DNA of 64,000 bases, from positions 512,001-576,000 of the forward strand of contig CAWGAA010000001.1 of NCBI GenBank assembly GCA_963820525.1, read 5' to 3'. Position numbers and translations under genes: made by a program. This DNA is from an uncultured Spirochaetota bacterium (GTDB taxonomy: Bacteria; Spirochaetota; Spirochaetia; SZUA-6; Fen-1364). The notes under the pieces are model-generated. The model ran no database searches, had not been told where the DNA came from, and worked only from the letters and a program-made list of their open reading frames with translations. This document shows, piece by piece, positions 21,334 to 34,486 of the stretch (its first letter is position 1; the number at the start of each line of letters is the position of its first letter).

Positions 21334-22185
21334 TCAGTGGGAAACCATGGTGAGAAGGTAGTAAAAAAAGGGGGCGCTGAGCAGCATCGAGTCCACGGAA
21401 TCCAGAAGCCCCCCCCTGCCGGGGATGATGATCCCGGAATCCTTCACGCCCGCGGACCTCTTCAGGCCGCTCTCTACCAGATCCCCCACAATCGTGAGGA
21501 TCCCGAGGGCCACGCCGATCGCTAGGTTCGCCGCCAGCCCGAAGGGAGGATAGCCGGGCACGACGAAATGGAAGAGCAGGACGACGATCAGAGAGCCGAC
21601 GATCCCCGCGGCGAATCCGACCGCGCTCTTCTGGGGGCTCACGGGGAGGTTCAGCCGCGTCGAGCTGCCCCAGAGGCTTCCCGCGAAATACGCCGACATG
21701 TCGTTCGCGAACACGACGCCGAGAAAGAACAGGATGTCGAGCGAGGCGGAGGGAAGCGAGCTCAGGCGCACGACGTAGGTGAGGAAGAACCCGGGATAGA
21801 AGAGCGTGAAGAACGAGGAGGACACGAAGGCGAGGATGGCCGGGATGGTGGCGGCGCGCTGGAACACGATTGCCCGCACCAGCACGATGGCGAAGACCAC
21901 GGCGGTCCAGAGCAGGAGGTAGCCCTGGGGGAGGATCCCGGCCGCCTCCAGGTACGCGAAAAGGGGCAGGGTTCCCGAGAACAGGGGCGCGAAGAGGCGG
22001 GAGGTCGGGATGCCCCGCGTTCGAAGGAGAGACTCGGTCTCGAATGCCCCGATCACGGTGGCCACGATGACGACGATGTTGAAGGCGAGATGGTGATACC
22101 CGGGCAGGACCAGGATGAGGACGCCGAGAACGGGAAATGCCACGACGATGAGGAGGATCCGCCAGAGGAAGCCTTTCCAGTTCAC
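21334..22185 (-). CDS. cdsA: Phosphatidate cytidylyltransferase
   Basis: ND..AYFAG, SPQKS, GDLVESGLKRSAGVKDSG..IPGRGGLLD. Confidence 0.95.
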   Translation of the reverse strand: MNWKGFLWRILLIVVAFPVLGVLILVLPGYHHLAFNIVVIVATVIGAFETESLLRTRGIPTSRLFAPLFSGTLPLFAYLEAAGILPQGYLLLWTAVVFAIVLVRAIVFQRAATIPAILAFVSSSFFTLFYPGFFLTYVVRLSSLPSASLDILFFLGVVFANDMSAYFAGSLWGSSTRLNLPVSPQKSAVGFAAGIVGSLIVVLLFHFVVPGYPPFGLAANLAIGVALGILTIVGDLVESGLKRSAGVKDSGIIIPGRGGLLDSVDSMLLSAPFFYYLLTMVSH

Positions 22186-22890
22186 CTATGCCCTTCCGAA
22201 TCTCCGCGCCCTGCGCCCGTAGTCCGACAGGGCGTCGAGAAGGTCCTGCCGGTCCCAGTCGGGCCAGAGCTTCGGGCTGAAATACAGCTCCGCATACGCG
22301 GACTCCCAGAGAAGGTAGTTGGACACCCTCTGCTCTCCCCCGCTCCTGATGAGCAGGTCGGGATCCGGGATCTCCGGATGGTCGAGATACGCGCGGAAGG
22401 ATTCCTCGGTGAGCTCGCCGCCGGTCTCCCGTTCCCTCATGCGCTTCACGGCGCGGATGATCTCGTCCCTGCCGCCGTAGTTGATGGAGAGGTTCACCGT
22501 GAGGCCGTCGAACCCGGCGGTATCCGCTGTGACGGAGACGAGCTCCTCCCGGATATCGGCGGGCAGCCGCTCGATGTCCCCGCTGTGCACGATGCGGATT
22601 CGGTTCTGGCGGTAGAAGTCGTACTCCTTTTTGAGATACGCGCGTATGAGGAACATGAGATACGACACTTCCTCTTCCGCCCGCGCCCAGTTCTCCGTCG
22701 AGAAGGTGTAGAGGCTGAGAAACTCCAGTCCCGCCTCGGAGGCCGCCTTCACGATCCTCTTGGCGGCTTTCACCCCCTCGAGATGGCCCTCGGTCCTGGG
22801 TTTGTTTCTTTCCCGCGCCCACCGGCCGTTTCCATCCATGATGATTCCCACGTGCCGGGGAAGCTTCGAGCCTGAATCTGGGAGGCTCAC
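22186..22890 (-). CDS. uppS: Undecaprenyl diphosphate synthase
   Basis: HVGIIMDGNGRWA, FSTENWAR, NYGGRDE, DLLIRSGGEQRVSNYLLW. Confidence 0.97.
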   Translation of the reverse strand: MSLPDSGSKLPRHVGIIMDGNGRWARERNKPRTEGHLEGVKAAKRIVKAASEAGLEFLSLYTFSTENWARAEEEVSYLMFLIRAYLKKEYDFYRQNRIRIVHSGDIERLPADIREELVSVTADTAGFDGLTVNLSINYGGRDEIIRAVKRMRERETGGELTEESFRAYLDHPEIPDPDLLIRSGGEQRVSNYLLWESAYAELYFSPKLWPDWDRQDLLDALSDYGRRARRFGRA

Positions 22891-23448
22891 ACCTCGAGGA
22901 TTTCCTTTTCCTTGGCGTCGAGAAGCGTGTTGATCTCTTCGATATGCTTGTCCGTCAGCTTCTGGATTTCGTCCGTCGCCTTCTTCGCCTCGTCCTCGGA
23001 GAGCTCGGAAGCCGTCTTGGCCTTTTTGATTTCCTCGTTGGCGTCGCGTCTGTGGTTTCGAACCGCCACCCGGGACTGCTCGGCGATGTTCTTGGTGAAC
23101 TTCACCAGCTCCTTCCTGCGCTCCTCGGTGAGCGGGGGGATGTTGATCCTGATGACCTTGCCGTCATTGTTCGGGATTCACCGAAAGCTCGGACTTCTGG
23201 ATCGCCTTCTCGATCTCCGGCAGCACGCTCCTGTCCCAGGGCTGGATGATGACCATCCGCGCCTCCGGGATCGAGATGGTGGCCACCTGGTTGAGGGGGA
23301 CTTTCTGGCCGTAATAATCGACCCTGATCTTCTCGAACAGGGCCTGGGAAGCGCGGCTGCCGCGGAGCGTCTTGAACTCGTCTTGGAGGGACTGGATGCT
23401 CTTTTTCATCCCGTCCTCGGCCTGGCTCTTGATCTTCTCCCTGGTCAT
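22887..23448 (-). pseudogene. frr: Ribosome recycling factor, split by a +1 frameshift as sequenced (probably an assembly error in an intact gene)
   Basis: N-half (MTREK..VDYYG..IQPWD..KSELSVNP) stops at 23164; C-half (NNDGKVIRINIPPLTEERRKELVK..KEKEILEV) continues after removing one C from CCC at 23173-23175. Confidence 0.9.
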
Positions 23449-23462
23449 GCCGGAAATCCTCC

Positions 23463-24302
23463 TTAGCGTTCTTCTCCCAGCTTCATGTACACGTACTCCA
23501 CAACCTCGATCTTTCCCCCGACCTCCTTGCCGAGGTCTTCGAGGACCTTGGAGACCTTGCGCTTTTCGTCCTTCACGAAGGGCTGCTCGAGGAAGCAAAC
23601 CTCGGAGAGGAGCTTGTTCACCTTGCCCTTCACTATCCCGGCCAGCACATTGGCGGGCTTGTCCATCGCCTCGACCTGCTTGGTGAAGATCTCTTCCTGC
23701 TCCTTGAGGTACGAAGGATTCACCCTGTCGCGGGAGAGGAACATCGGAGAGAAGGCGGCGACATGGAGGGCGAGGTCGAAGAGGACTTCCTTCACGCGTG
23801 GGTTCTCCTTCAGGTGGGCGGAGGAGAGCGTGGCGCGGATCATGACCCCGATCCTGTTGTCGTGCACGTATTCGACGAGGGCCTCGTCCGCCGCGACGGG
23901 CACGGTCGTGATGCGCCGCAGCTCCATGTTCTCCTTGATCTTTCCGATGGTCTCCTTGACCATCAGCTCCAGCTCGTCGGTCTTCTGCGTGAGGTTCTTC
24001 TTGGCCACGGTCTCCACGAGGGCGCCGCCCAGCTCATTGAAGAGGTTGTTTCTGGCCACGAAATCGGTCTCGCAGGTGAGCTCCAGGAGGATTCCTTTGG
24101 TGGGCAGGATCTTGGTGAAGATCTTGCCGCTGTTGGTGGCTCTTCCCACCTTCTTCTGCGCAACTGCCAGGCCCTGCTCCTTGAGAAGGCGCTCGGCCTT
24201 GGCGAAATCTCCCTCCGCCTTGACGAGGGCGTTCTTGCAGTCCAGCATCCCCGCGCCGGTCTTCTCGCGAAGCAATTTCACGTCGGTTGCCTTGATTTCC
24301 AC
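23463..24302 (-). CDS. tsf: Translation elongation factor Ts
   Basis: VKLLREKTGAGMLDCKNAL, CETDFVA, LEQPFVKD. Confidence 0.97.
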   Translation of the reverse strand: MEIKATDVKLLREKTGAGMLDCKNALVKAEGDFAKAERLLKEQGLAVAQKKVGRATNSGKIFTKILPTKGILLELTCETDFVARNNLFNELGGALVETVAKKNLTQKTDELELMVKETIGKIKENMELRRITTVPVAADEALVEYVHDNRIGVMIRATLSSAHLKENPRVKEVLFDLALHVAAFSPMFLSRDRVNPSYLKEQEEIFTKQVEAMDKPANVLAGIVKGKVNKLLSEVCFLEQPFVKDEKRKVSKVLEDLGKEVGGKIEVVEYVYMKLGEER

Positions 24303-24313
24303 GTCTCTTGCCC

Positions 24314-25279
<966 letters not shown>

Positions 25280-25380
25280 TTCCTTCCTCCTTCCCCTCTC
25301 TCATCGGCTTTTCCACCCTGACCATACGGCCGGGTGAGATTTTAGGGTCGGCCATCCCATGGCCGGCAATCAAGCCATTC
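25280..25380 (-). promoter_or_regulatory. Structured rpsB leader (possible S2 autogenous operator)
   Basis: Two hairpins (CGGCCAT/ATGGCCG; CACCC..GGGTG) enclosed by GGCTT/AAGCC. Confidence 0.35.
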
Positions 25381-25386
25381 CTACGG

Positions 25387-25968
25387 TCAAAATTTGAAAG
25401 AATTCCTCTTTAACATGCCATAAAAAGCCTCGAGAGGCAAGCCTACGACGTTGCTGAAGGAGCCTTTGATCCACTCCACAAAGAAAGACCCCCGTTCCTG
25501 GATGCGATACGCCCCGGCGGCGCCCGTCCATTCCCCGGATTCGATGTAGAAGTGGATCTCCTCCGCCGACATCTCCCGGAACTTCACCTCGGTGCGCACC
25601 GTCTCTTCCTCCATGGGCTTTCCCCGTTCCACGGAGAGGGCGATCCCGGTATAGACGCGATGGACGGCCCCGGAAAGGGCGCGAAGCATCGATTCGGCCT
25701 CCTCCGGCCCCTCCGGCTTTCCCAGGATCTTTCCCCCCACTTCCACCACCGTGTCCGCCCCAAGCACCCAACGCGGGGACTCGCTCTTGAACATGTCGAG
25801 AATCATCTCGACCTTCCGGCGGGCGATTCCCGCCACCATCTCTTCAACGGGGAGGTCGGAGTCGAAATCCTCGACGAGGCTCGGCGAAATGACCTTGAAG
25901 GGGACCTTCACACGCGTGAGCAGATCCCGGCGGCGCGGCGAACCCGATGCGAGAATGATTGTATCCAT
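25387..25968 (-). CDS. maf: Maf family nucleoside triphosphate pyrophosphatase
   Basis: ILASGSPRR, GADTVV, ILGKP, AGAYRIQ, NVVGLP. Confidence 0.93.
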   Translation of the reverse strand: MDTIILASGSPRRRDLLTRVKVPFKVISPSLVEDFDSDLPVEEMVAGIARRKVEMILDMFKSESPRWVLGADTVVEVGGKILGKPEGPEEAESMLRALSGAVHRVYTGIALSVERGKPMEEETVRTEVKFREMSAEEIHFYIESGEWTGAAGAYRIQERGSFFVEWIKGSFSNVVGLPLEAFYGMLKRNSFKF

Positions 25969-25979
25969 TCTTTAAAACC

Positions 25980-26216
25980 TCACAGGAAATAGAACAGGAT
26001 CACTCCCCCCAGAAGCCCGAGGAATGTACCGGGATTCACGAGGAAATGCAATGAGATCACCGCGAGGTCGAAGCCGATGGGACCCACGCTCATGGCCAGC
26101 GTCACCCCGAAGCGGAGCAAGACCCTTTCCACCACTTCCCAGGCCAGGCCCCCCACGACCGCTCCAATCAAGCCCAAAATGAGCAGGGTGGAGACGTTTT
26201 TCCGATTGAGCTTCAT
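25980..26216 (-). CDS. Small membrane protein (DUF4321-like)
   Basis: Two hydrophobic segments, FDLAVISL..NP; upstream of maf. Confidence 0.6.
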   Translation of the reverse strand: MKLNRKNVSTLLILGLIGAVVGGLAWEVVERVLLRFGVTLAMSVGPIGFDLAVISLHFLVNPGTFLGLLGGVILFYFL

Positions 26217-26226
26217 TCGCCGGGGT

Positions 26227-26254
26227 ATTGTAGGGGCCACGGCAACTCTGTCAA
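26227..26254 (-). promoter_or_regulatory. sigma70-type promoter (DUF4321-maf-rpsB)
   Basis: TTGACA-16 nt-TACAAT. Confidence 0.65.
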
Positions 26255-26283
26255 GGCCGGGGAATCAAAGGCACGCGGGGAGC

Positions 26284-27870
26284 TTATCGGGCGCCCAGCA
26301 GCTCCATGATGAAACGTTTCATCCCCTGGTTTTCGTCAGGCACCCCGGAGAGGTCCCGAACACCGGGCCGGCGGCTCCAGAGACCGACAACGGCGTCAAT
26401 CCAGGGGCTTGGGCACAGGGGTGAGAGGTGGTGGCCGCCCTTTCTCCGTTTGTTGACGACAAGACCTACCCGTTTCGGCGCTTGCCCGGTGAAGTACATG
26501 TCTCCCAAAGGATAAAGGAACAGCAGGTATGGTGAGGTCGGCCCGCCCTCTACCGCGGCAATGCGCACCCCATGGAGGCTCTCGGCTCTCTGGAGAGCCC
26601 TCCGGACCATTGCGAGCAGCTCCTGCCTGCCAAGTCCTCTCTTGGCGGCCACGGCGGCGTTCGAAAGGAGCAGGCCGCAATCCGATGGGTGGTAGTAGAT
26701 GATGGATTGCCGTAAAAGATAGCCATGAGGGCCTCGTTTGACGAGGCCGGCATCCGCCAGGACCTCATTGAAGTGGAGTGTCCCGCGATGCGCCACAGCG
26801 CCATGGTCCGAGGAAATGACGATCAGTAAGTCCTCGTCCGCCGAAGACATAAGCCGTCCCAGGAGCCCATCCACCAGGGCCATGCAGCGTCTCAGAGCTG
26901 AAGCGGCCCTGCCGGTCGGCCACTGCTCTTCCAGAAGATCGATGTAGGCATGGTTGAAGCCGTCGATCAGGGAGAAATAGGCGAGGAGAAGCCCGGAAGG
27001 CAGGCTCTCGGCCGATCGCGCGATGAGCCGGGATTCGCGCTGGAAGGCGCCGGCCGCCGTGGACATCTCGCGGTCGAGAGTGATTTCATCCCCGTCTCCC
27101 CTGCGGTCATTCTCTCTCCTCACCGTGCCGAAGAAGCTGACATCGGCAAATCGCCCGAACCCGTCGCCGCGGAGCTCCTGAAGGAGGCCTGCATCGCTTG
27201 ACCGCAGAATCGCCTCAGTCTCGGGTTGAAGGATCAGGATGCCGGGATCGAGAAGCTGTGCGTCAGCACGGGTTTTACTTGTGAAAGAAACCGGTTTCGT
27301 CTCGCCGTTTGAGAGAACCGCGATTGTTCTGTTGCCCTTCAGAAGGGTTACTCCCCGCCTCCCCGAAAGCGTCGAGATCTCGATTCCCTGGAAGCGTATG
27401 CTCCCGCGTCCCGTGGCGAGATGGATCACGTACGGCGGCCGCCACAACCTGTAGCTGTCAAAGGCCAGTTTCACATGGGAAAGCCTTCCCGTCCATGCGG
27501 GATCGTTTCGAAAGGCTGTATTGATCAGAACGCTTTCCACTCCCCGTGCGTCGAGCTCTTCCCAGATCGAGGTCGATTCCCGTCGAGTGACCGCGAAGCC
27601 GCTCTTCGAGCGAGTGGGATCCCGCGTAAAATCGGGCTGGTAATATCCCCAGACCCCGCTTTTCTCGGGCTCGACTCCACAGAACAGGGAGAGGAGCGCC
27701 GGCGGGGTCTGGCAGCAGGGCAGGGAGGGTTTCGCGGCCTGAAGGCAGCCTTCAGAGGCAAACCGCGAGAGCGAAGGGAGGTTTCCCTCAGAAATGCACC
27801 GCTTCACCTCTTCATGGGCCAGCCCGTCGAAGACGAGCCAGATGACGCGCCGAAACGGTTTGGTTGACAA
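26284..27870 (-). CDS. Alkaline phosphatase superfamily (NPP/phosphodiesterase-like) protein
   Basis: VFDGL, QTPPA (Thr nucleophile position), DGFNH, SSDHG, GGHH; TTG start with SD GGAGAGGG. Confidence 0.8.
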   Translation of the reverse strand: MSTKPFRRVIWLVFDGLAHEEVKRCISEGNLPSLSRFASEGCLQAAKPSLPCCQTPPALLSLFCGVEPEKSGVWGYYQPDFTRDPTRSKSGFAVTRRESTSIWEELDARGVESVLINTAFRNDPAWTGRLSHVKLAFDSYRLWRPPYVIHLATGRGSIRFQGIEISTLSGRRGVTLLKGNRTIAVLSNGETKPVSFTSKTRADAQLLDPGILILQPETEAILRSSDAGLLQELRGDGFGRFADVSFFGTVRRENDRRGDGDEITLDREMSTAAGAFQRESRLIARSAESLPSGLLLAYFSLIDGFNHAYIDLLEEQWPTGRAASALRRCMALVDGLLGRLMSSADEDLLIVISSDHGAVAHRGTLHFNEVLADAGLVKRGPHGYLLRQSIIYYHPSDCGLLLSNAAVAAKRGLGRQELLAMVRRALQRAESLHGVRIAAVEGGPTSPYLLFLYPLGDMYFTGQAPKRVGLVVNKRRKGGHHLSPLCPSPWIDAVVGLWSRRPGVRDLSGVPDENQGMKRFIMELLGAR

Positions 27871-27936
27871 ATCCCTCTCCAGTAGATAACGTATCAATAG
27901 CCGCGCGGCGATGAGAATCGCACATCGGGCGCGATT

Positions 27937-28010
27937 GGGCAATTAGCTCAGTTGGATAGAGCGATGGCCTCCGGAGCCATAGGCCGCGCGTTCGAATCGC
28001 GCATTGCCCA
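27937..28010 (+). tRNA. tRNA-Arg(CCG), CCA not encoded
   Basis: GGGCAAT TAGCTCAGTTGGATAGAGC G ATGGC CT-CCG-GA GCCAT AGGCC GCGCG TTCGAAT CGCGC ATTGCCC A. Confidence 0.95.
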
Positions 28011-28027
28011 GAAAAGTGGCGAGGTAG

Positions 28028-31234
<3,207 letters not shown>

Positions 31235-31247
31235 GCTCAGGGGCCCC

Positions 31248-32072
31248 CTACTTCACTGAGCCCAGCAGGCCTGCAACGAACTGCCTCTGCATGGCCAGGA
31301 ACAGCACCAGGATCGGGAAGACCGATATGCAGACGATGATCATCAGGGCGCCGTACTCGATCATATAGGCGTTCATCATGGACGACATCGCGATGGGAAG
31401 CGTTTTCTTCGAGTCGGTCAAAATGGTCATGAGAGGCCAGAGGTAGGCGTTCCACTGGTTGAGGAAGATATAGATGCAGGCGGAAGCGAAGCTCGCTTTC
31501 ATGGTGGGAAAGACGATGCCGAGGAATATCCGCAGCTCGCTTGCACCGTCCACCCGCGCCGCCTCCATGATCTCGTTCGGGAACAATTTGAAGTTCTGCC
31601 TCATGAAAAAGATGATGAACACAGACATGACGGAAGGAAGGACGATGGCGGCATGGGTGTTGTTCAGCTTGAAGAATGAGATCAGCCGGAACAGGGGAAT
31701 GACGATGGCGATCTGGGGGATGATCAGCGTGAGAAGCAGGAGGGCGAATACCCGCTCCCGGGCCCGCGAGCGGTACTTCTCGAAACCGAAGGCGGCCAGT
31801 GAGTCCACCACCACGCCGAAGACGACAGTCAGGAGCGCCACCTTCGCCGAATTGAAGAAGAACAACAGGAGGTTGTAGTTCTTCGTGGCTTTAGCCCAAT
31901 TGAGCCCGAACTCCTTGCCGGGGATGATGATCCCCCGAACGACGTCATTAGGATTCAGCGTGGTGCCGATGAGCATCCAGAAGAAGGGGAAGATGCACAT
32001 GCAGGCGCCGATGATCAGCAGCACCCAGAGGACCAACCGCGAAAGAGCCCGGGAAGCAACCGCAGTCATCAC
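31248..32072 (-). CDS. Carbohydrate ABC transporter permease (MalG/LacG type)
   Basis: EAARVDGAS loop, WNAYLWP, QRQFVAG. Confidence 0.92.
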   Translation of the reverse strand: MMTAVASRALSRLVLWVLLIIGACMCIFPFFWMLIGTTLNPNDVVRGIIIPGKEFGLNWAKATKNYNLLLFFFNSAKVALLTVVFGVVVDSLAAFGFEKYRSRARERVFALLLLTLIIPQIAIVIPLFRLISFFKLNNTHAAIVLPSVMSVFIIFFMRQNFKLFPNEIMEAARVDGASELRIFLGIVFPTMKASFASACIYIFLNQWNAYLWPLMTILTDSKKTLPIAMSSMMNAYMIEYGALMIIVCISVFPILVLFLAMQRQFVAGLLGSVK

Positions 32073-32956
32073 TCCCTCCCTCCCAAGAGCTTGATCTGGA
32101 TATAGGCGAATATCCCCGCGATGACCACGATCACGTAGGAGAGAGCGGTGGCATAGCCGAAGTCGGAGTTCATGACAAAGGCCTGACGATAGGTGTAGAG
32201 GGCCGCCGTCATCGTCGCGTTGGCGGGCCCACCCTGGTTGGTGAGGATGTTGGGCTCGTCGAACAGCTGCATTGTCCCGCTGGTTGATGTCACGGCGGAG
32301 AAGAGGACCACAGGAATGAGCAGGGGCAGGGTTATCGAGAAGAACTTCCGGGCCGGGCTCGCCCCATCAATGTCTGAGGCCTCGAAGATGTCGGGGTCTA
32401 TGCTCTGAAGCCCCACAAGGAAGAAGACCATGTTGTAGCCGGTCCACCGCCACGTGAGGGCCATGATGATCGTCACCTTGGCCCAGAAGGGATCGTTCAG
32501 CCACGCAATGGGCTTGGTGATGAGATCGAAGCTGAGGAAGAGGTTGTTGAGCAGGCCGTTGGTCTGGAGGATCATCCTGAAGAGCACCGAATAGGCGACA
32601 AGCGAGGTGACGCAGGGCAGAAAGAAGATCACCCGGAACGTTCCCCGGTACTTCTTGATGCCCTGGTTGAGGATAACCGCCAGGATGAGCGCGAGCATGA
32701 CCATGATGGGAATCTGGACGAGCATGAAGATGAAGTTATGGCTCAACGCCTGCCAGAAGATGCTGTCGCGCGACATCCTAATGAAGTTGCCCAGGCCGAT
32801 GTACCTGTTGTTGAACCCCTGCCACTTTCGCGTGACATAGTACAGCGAGGACAGGATGGGATAAAGCATAAAGAGGCAATACATGATGATCGCCGGCAGG
32901 ACATACAGCCAGCCCACACGATTCAGGTACCGGTAGAATGCACCGCTTCTGTTCAC
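32069..32956 (-). CDS. Carbohydrate ABC transporter permease (MalF/LacF type)
   Basis: IGLGNF, WRWTGYNM, EASDIDGAS; GTG start with SD GAGGAG. Confidence 0.92.
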   Translation of the reverse strand: MNRSGAFYRYLNRVGWLYVLPAIIMYCLFMLYPILSSLYYVTRKWQGFNNRYIGLGNFIRMSRDSIFWQALSHNFIFMLVQIPIMVMLALILAVILNQGIKKYRGTFRVIFFLPCVTSLVAYSVLFRMILQTNGLLNNLFLSFDLITKPIAWLNDPFWAKVTIIMALTWRWTGYNMVFFLVGLQSIDPDIFEASDIDGASPARKFFSITLPLLIPVVLFSAVTSTSGTMQLFDEPNILTNQGGPANATMTAALYTYRQAFVMNSDFGYATALSYVIVVIAGIFAYIQIKLLGGRE

Positions 32957-32986
32957 GTAACGCTCCTCGAAATTTTCCGGGACGGC

Positions 32987-33022
32987 AAAAAAAACTTCCG
33001 CCCCGTAAGGGGCGGAAGTTTT
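32987..33022 (-). terminator. Stem-loop between SBP and permease genes (intrinsic terminator or mRNA stabiliser)
   Basis: AAAACTTCCGCCCC-4 nt loop-GGGGCGGAAGTTTT with a long U tract on the minus strand. Confidence 0.8.
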
Positions 33023-33036
33023 CACGACTCATGGAA

Positions 33037-34323
33037 TTACTGACCCGTGGTCTGCTTGTACTCCTGTTCGGCATGGGCGATGGCATCGTCCACGCTCTTC
33101 AGGTCTCCCTTGAACATCAAGAGGATCGCGTTTCTAAGTGTATCCCGCATGGGTTGATAATTGGGGGTGTACATGAGGACGGGGACCTTCTCCATCCAGG
33201 CCGCGAAGTCCTTGAAGACGGGCTGGCTCTTGTAGAAGAACTCGTCGGGTGCCGTGTAGTTGGACCCGGTCCTGCTGGGCAGGTAGGTGCCCATGGCGCC
33301 CGCGCCCTTGAGAATGATGTTGTAGAACTGGAGGGCATCGGGCTTGCTGCTGGCCCAGGTGTTCTTGAGGAAGTCGATCGCCAAAGCCTTGTTGGGGCTT
33401 GAGGCGAAGACGTACCAGCTGGACCCGCCGTTGTTGCTCGCGTTCTGCGCGCCCGGCACGCCTTCCAGAAGCGGGGTCGGGACAACCATCCAGTCGCCCG
33501 CGTTGGCGGGCTGGGACTTCAACGTAGCAATGATCCACAGCGCGTTGAGGAATCCGACCGTGTCGCCGCCGTTGAAGGAAGCGATCCAGTTGTTCCAGCC
33601 CTCAGTCGGGTAGAGCAGCCCCTTGTCGTTCAGGTCTTTCAGGATGGCGAGGGACTTCATCATTGCGGGGGTGCGGAAGTTCAGCGACCCGTCCGGCTTG
33701 AAGAACTGGGTGCCGGTGGACTGCACCATGATCCGCAGGAAATCGAAGCTGGTAGTGTCGTAGGCGATGAGGGGTTTCGCGATCTTGGCCTTGAGCTGGA
33801 CTCCCAGGTTGGTCATCTGGGTCCATGTCATGTTCTTCTTATAGGAGTCGGGGTTGAGGCCCGCGGACTTTATCATGTCGGCGCGCAGCCAGAATCCCGT
33901 GGAGCCCGTATCGAACGGAATGCCGTAGATCTTGCCCTTCTCGCTCATGGGCCCGACCTTATACTGGGCGAACTTCGAATAGTCCACGCCGGCGGCCTTC
34001 AGGTCCACGAACGCGCCGGGGTAGTTCTGAATGAACTTTTCGATGCTGAAATCCTGGATGAGGACGATGTCGGGAAGTCCCGCGCCTCCCGCCTGCAGGC
34101 CCGCCTCCATCTTTCCCTCAATGTTCTCGGGGATGTCGACGACCTGGATGGTCACGTCGGGGCGGATCTTGTTATAGACCTTGACTGCCTCTTTCATGGA
34201 GAACCCGTTGAAGTTGGGGTCCCAGCACCAGATAGTCACCGTCTTTGCGTCAGCCGCCATCACGCTCGGCACGAAAATGACGATGGCGAGCACCACCACG
34301 AAAGCCAGAATGACTCTCTTCAT
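33037..34323 (-). CDS. Carbohydrate ABC transporter solute-binding protein
   Basis: Signal peptide MKRVILAFVV..VMA, TIWCWD, LPDIV, YGIPFD, GGSSW. Confidence 0.92.
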   Translation of the reverse strand: MKRVILAFVVVLAIVIFVPSVMAADAKTVTIWCWDPNFNGFSMKEAVKVYNKIRPDVTIQVVDIPENIEGKMEAGLQAGGAGLPDIVLIQDFSIEKFIQNYPGAFVDLKAAGVDYSKFAQYKVGPMSEKGKIYGIPFDTGSTGFWLRADMIKSAGLNPDSYKKNMTWTQMTNLGVQLKAKIAKPLIAYDTTSFDFLRIMVQSTGTQFFKPDGSLNFRTPAMMKSLAILKDLNDKGLLYPTEGWNNWIASFNGGDTVGFLNALWIIATLKSQPANAGDWMVVPTPLLEGVPGAQNASNNGGSSWYVFASSPNKALAIDFLKNTWASSKPDALQFYNIILKGAGAMGTYLPSRTGSNYTAPDEFFYKSQPVFKDFAAWMEKVPVLMYTPNYQPMRDTLRNAILLMFKGDLKSVDDAIAHAEQEYKQTTGQ

Positions 34324-34363
34324 AATGCCTCCTCTCGACAGATGAATTGGAAAGCCGTCGTTT

Positions 34364-34391
34364 ATTATAGCCTCGCCGATGTACCTGTCAA
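34364..34391 (-). promoter_or_regulatory. Consensus sigma70 promoter for the sugar ABC operon
   Basis: TTGACA-16 nt-TATAAT. Confidence 0.8.
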
Positions 34392-34486
34392 GGAGAACCT
34401 CCAATTCGCCAAGCGGGGAAGGGCTCCAGAAGCTGCCGAAACGTTTGCAGAAACGGCATTCCGGCCAGTACATTGGGATCAAACGC

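Noticed and set aside
23449..23462. Absence of pyrH between tsf and frr
   Set aside because: Known arrangement in spirochaetes; used as a taxonomic hint, not a novelty
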